Source: an uncultured Haloferula sp. (GTDB lineage: Bacteria; Verrucomicrobiota; Verrucomicrobiia; Verrucomicrobiales; Akkermansiaceae). From it: 64,000 nucleotides of DNA. The notes under the pieces are model-generated. The model had not been told where the DNA came from, did no database searches, and saw nothing but the letters and a program-made list of their open reading frames with translations. Of the stretch, positions 17,993-26,060 are shown in pieces. A program made the position numbers and the translations under genes. Numbering within the stretch: the first letter of the stretch is position 1; each line of letters opens with the position of its first letter. The stretch is from positions 1 through 64,000 of the forward strand of contig CBFGTS010000012.1 of NCBI GenBank assembly GCA_965652295.1, given 5' to 3'.

Positions 17993-20900
17993 ATGCTACC
18001 CCGACTTTTCCTCCTCCTCACCCTCCCGGGCCTCGCCCAAATCCCCGCATTCCCGGGAGCCGAAGGCTTCGGCGCGTACGCCAACGGCGGCCGTGGCGGC
18101 GACGTCTATTACGTCACGACCCTGAACAACAACGGCGCGGGTTCGCTCCGCGAGGGGCTCAACACCGCTCCCGCGTCCGGTCGCACCATCGTGTTCGCGG
18201 TCAGTGGCTACATCCCCGTGAACTCGGACACGAATTTCAATGTGCCGTCGAACGTGACGATCGCCGGTCAGACGGCTCCCGGCGATGGCGTCGGGCTCAG
18301 AGGCGGCCGGATGCTGGTCAGCGGCAGCAACGTGGTCATGCGGCACTTCCGCATCCGCCACGGCAGGAACGGGACGGGCGGCGATTGCCTCAACATCGCC
18401 AGCAGCGCCCACACCACCATGCTTGATCACATCTCGATGATGTTCAGCACGGACGAGAACTTCTCGTTCTTCAACAGCTCGGTGAACAACTTCACCATGC
18501 AGTATTCGAATACGGCCTGGGGCATGGAGCGCCACAACGCCGGCGGCCTCTGGGATCTGGAGAACGGCTCCTGCCACCACACGCTGTGGGCCCACCACCG
18601 GACGCGTAATCCCAAGGCACGGCCCAACGGCCTTCTGGAGTGGATCAACAACGTCACCTTCCACTGGCGCAAAGAACCCTTCATCATGGGCGACTCTCTG
18701 ACGCCCGCAGACTGGAAAGCCAACGCCATTGGTAATTACTATATTTCCATCGCTGATCCTGACGAGGACATCGGCCTGAAGAGCACCGCATTCGTCAAAG
18801 CAGAGGTCGCCTCGAACGGCATTCCGAATTTCTCTCTCCATCTCGCCGACACCCTGTTCGACAACAATGACAACGGCCTCGTCGATGGAACGGACCGAGG
18901 CTACGACATTGTTGCCGGCGCCGAATTCACCCCTGGCGACGCCGTCGATGACAACCGCTACTACAAATCGGCCACTCCATTCCCGGGCGCGTCCGGATCG
19001 GCCACCGTCACCCTTGACGACCCGCTCACGGCCTACAAGAAGGTCGTTTCCTCCGTCGGCCCGCTGCGGCTCGATGCCAACTACGGCGCCCCGCTTCGTG
19101 ACGAACTCGACGCCCTGCTCATCGACAGCGTGGTGAACCAGTACAGCGTGCTGGTTCAAAAGGACGGCAAGGTCGCGGGCGAGGATCCCACCCGGCCGAA
19201 CAACGGCGAGCAGCATCTCGCCGACGCCTACGGCATCACCAACAACGGCTTCGGCACGCTGAACGGAACCACACCGCCCACCGACACCGACCTCGATGGC
19301 ATGCCCGATTTCTGGGAGATCGCGCTCAATGGAAAGAGCGGGATCGCCTACAACGTCGTCTCGGACGATCACAACAACGTCTTCACCTCCGGTCAGCTCC
19401 CGAACACCTTCTTCCCCGCCGGAACGCCCACCGGTTACACCCTTCTGGAGGAGTATCTCCACTTCCTCGCGGTGCCCCACGCCTCGATGGCGAAGAACAC
19501 CGCGGAAGCTCCAGCGGCCCAGACCATCGATCTGGCAAGATACACGGACGCCTTCATCAACTCGCCGGCCTTCACGGTCTCGAACATCGAGAACGGAACC
19601 GTCCAGCAGTTCCTGTCGAACGGCACCACCCCCTCCGCCACCGGCCCGGTGGTGAAGTTCACGCCGACGACCGGCTTCGTGGGACGGGCCGGCTTTGACT
19701 TCAGCGTGACCGATGCCGACGGCAGCCAGTGGACCCAGCAGTTCGCCCTGCTGGTGACCAACAACGCCGCCCCGCGCGACCTGGTCTGGATCGGCGACGG
19801 CAGCTCCAACCTGTGGGACACCACCACACCGAACTGGCAGGATAGCTCCGGCTCGCCCGCGACCTTCGGCGGAGGAGGAGACACCGCGCTCTTCGACGAC
19901 CGCGGCTCGGCCTCGCCCGCGGTGAATGTCGCCGAATCCCTCTTCACCGGATCGGTTCTCGTGACCGGCACCCAGCCCTATACCTTTTCCGGAAGCGGCA
20001 GCATCGCATCCACGGGAGCGCTGACCAAGGCGAGCGACACCACCCTCACCCTGAATGTCCCCGTCACCACCGGCACCGGCACCTTCCTCAACGGCGGCCA
20101 GACCTTCCTCAACAACGGCGGAAACCTTTCCGGCGGAGCCATCAAGTTCACCGGTGGCAGCACCCTGACCGACAACACCGGCAGCGACTATTTCACGCTC
20201 TCCCCCGACATCGAGGTGAATGCCGGCGCGGTCGGAAACCTCAACCTCTCGTCCCGGATCAACCTCGAGGGTTCGCTCTCCGGCGGGGGCGTTTTCAACA
20301 TCTTCTCGCCCTCCACCCTCGGCTTCGAAGGACGCGCCTACCTTGACGGCGCGTCCGCCGGCTGCACCGGCACCGTCAACCTTTCCGGCGGAGCCACCGC
20401 GCCCGGAAACGGCGGCCGCATCGCCTTCCGCGCCCTCAGCGGCTCTTTCAACGGTTTCCCCAGCGCACGCGTCCACCTCGCCGGCATCGACCTGTTCACC
20501 AGCAACTACTCCAGCGGAAACACCTACTCGTTCGGCCAGCTGTCCGGCGATGCCAACTCACGCATTCGCGGGGCCTACAACCCCAGCGGCGCGACCACAC
20601 TCTCGATCGGCCACCTCGACACGGATTCGGAATTCGCCGGCACCATCACCGAAGGCAACGGAAGCACCACGATCCTTTCCAAATACGGCGACGGCACCCT
20701 CACCCTCTCCGGCGCAAGCAGCTACCTCGGCGACACCACCGTCCACGAAGGTGGCCTCCACGTCACCGGCTCGCTCGGTGCCACCGACGTCTATGTCGGC
20801 ACGGGCACCACCCTCAGCGGCAGCGGCCCGCTCGGCGACCTTCTCACGATCCAGCCCGGCGCCACCGTCTCGCCCGGAAACGCACCGGGCGCGGCGGGAA

Positions 20901-22807
20901 CCATAACCACCACCGGCGGGATCTACTTGAACCCCAGTACTTTGGTCTTCGATCTCTCGTCGAACCCGTCCTCCGGCAACGACCGCATCATCAACACCGG
21001 CGGCACCCTCACCTTCAACAGCACCGGCGGAAACCTCGGACCGGAGTTCGATTTCAACCTCACCGACAGCTATCTCTCCGCCGGCACCTACACCCTCATC
21101 AGCGGCGGCACATCCACCTCCGCTCCGGGCAGCCCGGTATTCACCCACAACCTTCCCTCCAACACCCGCCAGAGCTTTTCGCTCCAACGCTCGGGAGGAG
21201 GCAGCGCCGAGACCTACGTGCGCCTGGTCGTCAGCGGAACCTCCTCGGACCTCACCTGGACGGGATCCTCCAGCACCTGGGATATCGCGAACTCCACACC
21301 ATGGACCGGCGGTGCCGGCGGCGACAACCGCTTCTTCAATCTCGACCGCGTCCGGTTCACCGAATCGGGCCTGAGCCGCACCGTCTCCCTGGTTGGCACC
21401 TTGGAGCCCCAGAGCGTCGAGGTTTCCGATGACTCCGGCAGCTACACCTTCACAGGCAGTGGCAAGCTCGGCGGCACCGCATCACTGGTCAAGTCCGGCG
21501 GCGGCACACTCACGCTCTCAGGCTCCACCGCCCACAGTCACACCGGCGGCACCCTCATCAGCGGCGGCACCCTGATCCTCGGCAACACCACCGCCGGCCT
21601 CGGCGACGGCCTGGTGGAACTCGCCGGCGGCACCTTGCAGCTGCCCTCGTTCTCGACCTTCCTCGACCATTCCGTGCTCGTCACCGGCAACAGCGCCATC
21701 GCCTCGCCTTTCGCAGGCAACTCGACCCTCGTGGACTCCTACGATGAAACCCTGAGTTCCACCGGATTTCCCACGCTCGACCTCTCCGGCGTCACCGGCA
21801 TCCTCAGTTTGAAAGGGGCCATGGACGGCTTCGCCGGCATCCTCGATTTCGGATCGGGCTCCGGCATGCTGCGGCTGAACTCCGGCACCAGCGCCGCCGC
21901 GGACGTCAACAACGGCAGCGCCCAGGCCCATTTCAATCTCGGCAGCGCCGCCGGACGCCTTTCCAACCGGAACGGCGATCGCACCATCGACCTCGGCGCC
22001 CTTTCAGGCGGCCCGGCCACCGTGCTCCAAGGGAGACAATCCGGCTCCGGCAGCACCTCGACGACCTACCGCATCGGCGCGCTCAACCTGGACACCTGCT
22101 TCAACGGCACCGTCACCGAAGCCGGCGACCTCTCCGGGCTGCACCTCGTCAAGACCGGCACCGCCCGCTTCTGCCTCGGCGGCACCTCGGATTTCACCGG
22201 CACGCTGCTCGTCGAATCCGGCATCCTGGCCACTCCCGGATCGGTCACGCTCAGCGGATCGACGGAGGTGGAAAGCGGAGCCACCCTCGAACTCGATGGC
22301 GGCACGCTCGGCACCGCAGGCCTCCACATCGCTGAAGGCGCGAATCTCATTGGCCCCGGCACGCTCAACGGCGAACTCACCAACGACGGCTTCATTTCCT
22401 GCACGACCGGCACCCTCATGTTGAACGGCAGCGTCGTGAACAACGGCATCGCCCGCCTCACTTCCGGAGCGATCCTTTCCGCCGGCGGCGAGTTCCTCAA
22501 CAACGGCATCCTCGACCTGCTCACCGCCTCCGGCGAAATCCCGGACAACCTCGTCAACTCCGGCACCGTGATCGATTCCAGCGGCATGGAACTCACCGCC
22601 TTCGCCATTTCGGGCAACGACATCCAGCTCACCCTCGTCACCCACGAAGGCCACAGCTATCAGCTCCAGTGGTCCAACGACCTCGCCACCCCCTCGTGGC
22701 AGAACGTCGGTTCCGCGGTCGCGGGCGACGGCACCGCCAAGCCCTTCACCCACCCGGATGGCGCGACCGCCGACCGCCGCTTCTACCGTATCGTCGTCAC
22801 CCCCTGA
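17993..22807 (+). CDS. Pectate lyase (PL1-like) with autotransporter-associated beta-strand repeats and a C-terminal FYR domain
   Basis: PAFPGAEGFGAYANGGRGG, TIAGQTAPGDG, DHIS..STDE, RNPK, DTDLDGMPDFWE; repeats LxKxGxGTLTLSG; ends RRFYRIVVTP. Confidence 0.85.
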   Translation: MLPRLFLLLTLPGLAQIPAFPGAEGFGAYANGGRGGDVYYVTTLNNNGAGSLREGLNTAPASGRTIVFAVSGYIPVNSDTNFNVPSNVTIAGQTAPGDGVGLRGGRMLVSGSNVVMRHFRIRHGRNGTGGDCLNIASSAHTTMLDHISMMFSTDENFSFFNSSVNNFTMQYSNTAWGMERHNAGGLWDLENGSCHHTLWAHHRTRNPKARPNGLLEWINNVTFHWRKEPFIMGDSLTPADWKANAIGNYYISIADPDEDIGLKSTAFVKAEVASNGIPNFSLHLADTLFDNNDNGLVDGTDRGYDIVAGAEFTPGDAVDDNRYYKSATPFPGASGSATVTLDDPLTAYKKVVSSVGPLRLDANYGAPLRDELDALLIDSVVNQYSVLVQKDGKVAGEDPTRPNNGEQHLADAYGITNNGFGTLNGTTPPTDTDLDGMPDFWEIALNGKSGIAYNVVSDDHNNVFTSGQLPNTFFPAGTPTGYTLLEEYLHFLAVPHASMAKNTAEAPAAQTIDLARYTDAFINSPAFTVSNIENGTVQQFLSNGTTPSATGPVVKFTPTTGFVGRAGFDFSVTDADGSQWTQQFALLVTNNAAPRDLVWIGDGSSNLWDTTTPNWQDSSGSPATFGGGGDTALFDDRGSASPAVNVAESLFTGSVLVTGTQPYTFSGSGSIASTGALTKASDTTLTLNVPVTTGTGTFLNGGQTFLNNGGNLSGGAIKFTGGSTLTDNTGSDYFTLSPDIEVNAGAVGNLNLSSRINLEGSLSGGGVFNIFSPSTLGFEGRAYLDGASAGCTGTVNLSGGATAPGNGGRIAFRALSGSFNGFPSARVHLAGIDLFTSNYSSGNTYSFGQLSGDANSRIRGAYNPSGATTLSIGHLDTDSEFAGTITEGNGSTTILSKYGDGTLTLSGASSYLGDTTVHEGGLHVTGSLGATDVYVGTGTTLSGSGPLGDLLTIQPGATVSPGNAPGAAGTITTTGGIYLNPSTLVFDLSSNPSSGNDRIINTGGTLTFNSTGGNLGPEFDFNLTDSYLSAGTYTLISGGTSTSAPGSPVFTHNLPSNTRQSFSLQRSGGGSAETYVRLVVSGTSSDLTWTGSSSTWDIANSTPWTGGAGGDNRFFNLDRVRFTESGLSRTVSLVGTLEPQSVEVSDDSGSYTFTGSGKLGGTASLVKSGGGTLTLSGSTAHSHTGGTLISGGTLILGNTTAGLGDGLVELAGGTLQLPSFSTFLDHSVLVTGNSAIASPFAGNSTLVDSYDETLSSTGFPTLDLSGVTGILSLKGAMDGFAGILDFGSGSGMLRLNSGTSAAADVNNGSAQAHFNLGSAAGRLSNRNGDRTIDLGALSGGPATVLQGRQSGSGSTSTTYRIGALNLDTCFNGTVTEAGDLSGLHLVKTGTARFCLGGTSDFTGTLLVESGILATPGSVTLSGSTEVESGATLELDGGTLGTAGLHIAEGANLIGPGTLNGELTNDGFISCTTGTLMLNGSVVNNGIARLTSGAILSAGGEFLNNGILDLLTASGEIPDNLVNSGTVIDSSGMELTAFAISGNDIQLTLVTHEGHSYQLQWSNDLATPSWQNVGSAVAGDGTAKPFTHPDGATADRRFYRIVVTP

Positions 22808-22810
22808 TCG

Positions 22811-25800
22811 ATGACCTTCCGGAGACTCCTGTTTCTGCTCCCTGCGGCGCTGTCGGCAGGTGAACTGAAGATCGATATCAACCGCGAGGAAAAGAACCGC
22901 GAGATCCAAACCGAGACGGGTTACACGATGTGGAGCGGCGGCCAGTATGATGGAGGCACGACCGCCAGCGGCACCGCCGGCATCACCCGCTCGTTCACCA
23001 CCCTCAACGGGGAAAACGTCACGGTCACCTTTTCCCAAACCGCCGCCTCGGCCGCGGCGGGCGGCACCGGGATCAAGGGGATCTACTACAAGACCGGGGC
23101 GGAAGGCGACACGCCGCTGATCAGCGATGGCCTGACGGTCGATCCCCCGGATTTCTCCGCAGGCGGCCAGATCCAGATGAGCCTCACCGGCCTGTCCGCC
23201 GGCTCCCACACGCTGCTGACCTATCACAACGCCGCCGACAATCTCGCCGCCGGCTCGCTAGGGCCGATCGATGTTCACGTCAACGGAAGCCTCGCCATCG
23301 ACGACCTCGAGCAATCGATCCGCGCGGCCTCCACCGTCGAGAGCGCCCTTTCCTACATCGAGTTCACGGTCAGCGGGCCGGACGACACCGCCACCATCCT
23401 TTTCGCTGCCGATCCCACCGCGGGGGGCCCCGCCGTCACGATCCGCAACCCGATGATCAACGGCTTCGAAATCGACACACCCCATCTCCATCGAGCCGCT
23501 GGACACCCATCCCCCGCCAACGCCGATGGCCATGTCGATGCGGAGAGCGGCAGCGTCACCCTCTCGTGGACCGCCGCGCTCGCCGGCGACACCGTTTCCC
23601 GGGACATCTATTTCGGTACCGATTCCCAGTCCGTCCTCAACGCTACCCCGGCCTCGCCGTCGTTTCTCGGCAATCAGACCACCACCAGCCGTGTCGTGCC
23701 GGTGACCGATCCGCACGCCACCTACTACTGGCGGGTGGATGAAATCCATGCCGATGGCGAAACGACCAAGGGCACCGTCTGGTCCTTCCGTCCCCGCACC
23801 CTCGCCTTCCCCGGCGCGGAGGGATACGGGCGATTCGCCCGCGGTGGACGCGGCGGCCAAGTGGTGGCGGTCACGTCGCTGGAGGACTATGGCTCGGGAG
23901 ATCCACCCATCCCCGGCACCCTGCGTCACGCCATTGAGGAAGTCACCGGCCCGCGCACGATCGTCTTCGACGTCGCTGGTCTCATCACGCTTCAGCGCCG
24001 GCTCACGCTTTCCGACAACCAAGTCACCCTTGCCGGCCAGACGGCTCCCGGGAAGGGAATCTGCCTGCGCGGCTACGCCCTCGGCCTCAGCGGCTCGGAC
24101 GACACCATCGTCCGCTTCATCCGTAACCGTCCGGGCGACATCAGCGGCGCGACCATTGATGGCGGCGGGCTCGCCGGATGCGATCACAGCATCATGGACC
24201 ACTGCTCGATCAGTTGGTCGATCGATGAGGCGTTCAGCGGCCGTTCCGCGAAACACATCACCCTTCAAAAGACCCTCATCTCCGAAGCCCTCAACATCGC
24301 CGGTCACCAGAACTATCCCCCCGGCACCGAGCATGGCTACGCCGCGACCATCAGTGGCGGGATCGGCAGCTATCATCACAACCTCCTCGCCCACTGCGAG
24401 GGCCGTAACTGGTCGCTCGGCGGCGGCCTCGATGGCAACGGCGAGTATGCCGGGCAACTCGATATCCGCAATAACGTCGTCTACAACTGGGGCAACCGTA
24501 CGACCGATGGCGGCGCGCACGAGGTCAACTTCGTCAACAACTACTACAAGCCCGGCCCGGCGAGCACGATCTTCACCGCGCTCAACGCCCAGTACGACAA
24601 TTTCCCCGGCACGCAGCAGTACTACATGGCGGGCAATGTGATGCCCGGCCACTTCGGCACCGCCGATCAGGCCGCCGGGCGGACCACCGGCGGCTACGTC
24701 CCCACCACCTATCCGGTCTGGGTTTCCACACCGTTCTTCGATGCCCACGTCACCACCCACAGCGCCGAGGAATCCCTGCGGGTGGTACTTTCGGACGTCG
24801 GCTGCTCGCTACCTCTTCCGGACGATCACGACCTGCGGGTCATCGGCGAAACCCGCACCGGCACCTTCACTTACACCGGCCAAGGTCCCTACGGAGGCTC
24901 GCCCGGCCTGCCGAATTCCCAGGACGACGTCGGTGGCTGGGAAGACTACCCTGCCGAGTCCCGACCCGCCGCGTGGGATAGCGATCGCGACGGCATGCCG
25001 GATTGGTGGGAAGTGCTGCACGGAACCGACCCGGATTCCCCCGTGGGCGATTTTTCCGAGGCCAATGCAGATCCGGAAAACGACGGCTTCACCCGGCTCG
25101 AAGACTACCTGAACTGGATGGCCGGACCCCACGGCCACACGCCGGTCGATACGCCGCTTCTCATCGATCCCGCCCCCTTTGCCCTTGGCTTCAGCTCGCC
25201 GAGCTTTTCCATCGGCTCGGTCGGCAACGACAGCGCGACTCTGACGGGAGACGACGTGATCGAGTTCACGCCCGCCTCAGGTTTCGCCGGCCTTGCCGAG
25301 ATCGTGCTCCACATCTCCGGCGAGGGCGTCACCACATCCCGCACCTTGCACGTGTCCGTCCAGAACCACCCGCACCTCCTCGAACGGCGCTGGCGGGGCG
25401 GGGCGAACGACAACACATGGGACGCCACCACCCCCAACTGGATCAACGGCAGCTTGCTCTGCGCCTGGCAGGACGGCGGCATCGCCATCTTCGATTCGAT
25501 CGGAGAAAAGCATCCGGAGGTGACGGTGAACGCGGAGATTTCCACCCATGGTCTCGTTTTCCGCGGCCCCCGCTTCCGCATCTCCGGAGAGGGCATGATC
25601 TCGTCCGCCCATGGAGTCGAAACCCACGGCAACGTGTTCATTTCCGGCGGGCTCGGCCTCTCCGTCTCCGGCTCATGGATCAATCACGGCGACCTGGATC
25701 TTCTGACCCATACCGGCGATCTATCCGCCTCCATCACCCACCAAGGTTCCGCCACCCTCACTCCCTCCTCCGCGCTCCGAATCGGCTCGACCGAACGCTC

Positions 25801-25996
25801 CGGTTCGTTCGTCCACGTGTTCATGCTCCTCCCGGAAGGCCACACCTTTACCCTGCAGAAATCCACGAGTCTCTCGGCTTCCGATTGGACCGATGTCCCC
25901 GGACAGACCCGCAGCGGAACCGGAGCGGTGGAGTCGTTCACCGACACGGACTCCGCCGGGAAATCGGCCTTCTACCGAATCCGTGCCGAGCCATGA
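22811..25996 (+). CDS. Pectate lyase (PL1-like), multi-domain, with a C-terminal FYR domain
   Basis: AFPGAEGYGRFARGGRGG, LAGQTAPGKG, DHCSISWSIDE, HHNLLAH, DIRNNVVYNW, DSDRDGMPDWWE; ends AFYRIRAEP. Confidence 0.85.
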   Translation: MTFRRLLFLLPAALSAGELKIDINREEKNREIQTETGYTMWSGGQYDGGTTASGTAGITRSFTTLNGENVTVTFSQTAASAAAGGTGIKGIYYKTGAEGDTPLISDGLTVDPPDFSAGGQIQMSLTGLSAGSHTLLTYHNAADNLAAGSLGPIDVHVNGSLAIDDLEQSIRAASTVESALSYIEFTVSGPDDTATILFAADPTAGGPAVTIRNPMINGFEIDTPHLHRAAGHPSPANADGHVDAESGSVTLSWTAALAGDTVSRDIYFGTDSQSVLNATPASPSFLGNQTTTSRVVPVTDPHATYYWRVDEIHADGETTKGTVWSFRPRTLAFPGAEGYGRFARGGRGGQVVAVTSLEDYGSGDPPIPGTLRHAIEEVTGPRTIVFDVAGLITLQRRLTLSDNQVTLAGQTAPGKGICLRGYALGLSGSDDTIVRFIRNRPGDISGATIDGGGLAGCDHSIMDHCSISWSIDEAFSGRSAKHITLQKTLISEALNIAGHQNYPPGTEHGYAATISGGIGSYHHNLLAHCEGRNWSLGGGLDGNGEYAGQLDIRNNVVYNWGNRTTDGGAHEVNFVNNYYKPGPASTIFTALNAQYDNFPGTQQYYMAGNVMPGHFGTADQAAGRTTGGYVPTTYPVWVSTPFFDAHVTTHSAEESLRVVLSDVGCSLPLPDDHDLRVIGETRTGTFTYTGQGPYGGSPGLPNSQDDVGGWEDYPAESRPAAWDSDRDGMPDWWEVLHGTDPDSPVGDFSEANADPENDGFTRLEDYLNWMAGPHGHTPVDTPLLIDPAPFALGFSSPSFSIGSVGNDSATLTGDDVIEFTPASGFAGLAEIVLHISGEGVTTSRTLHVSVQNHPHLLERRWRGGANDNTWDATTPNWINGSLLCAWQDGGIAIFDSIGEKHPEVTVNAEISTHGLVFRGPRFRISGEGMISSAHGVETHGNVFISGGLGLSVSGSWINHGDLDLLTHTGDLSASITHQGSATLTPSSALRIGSTERSGSFVHVFMLLPEGHTFTLQKSTSLSASDWTDVPGQTRSGTGAVESFTDTDSAGKSAFYRIRAEP

Positions 25997-26060
25997 AACA
26001 CGCCTCAATGTCATCTCTGCCGGTCACCGGCCCGACCTGAAAACCACCTTTTACCAACCC

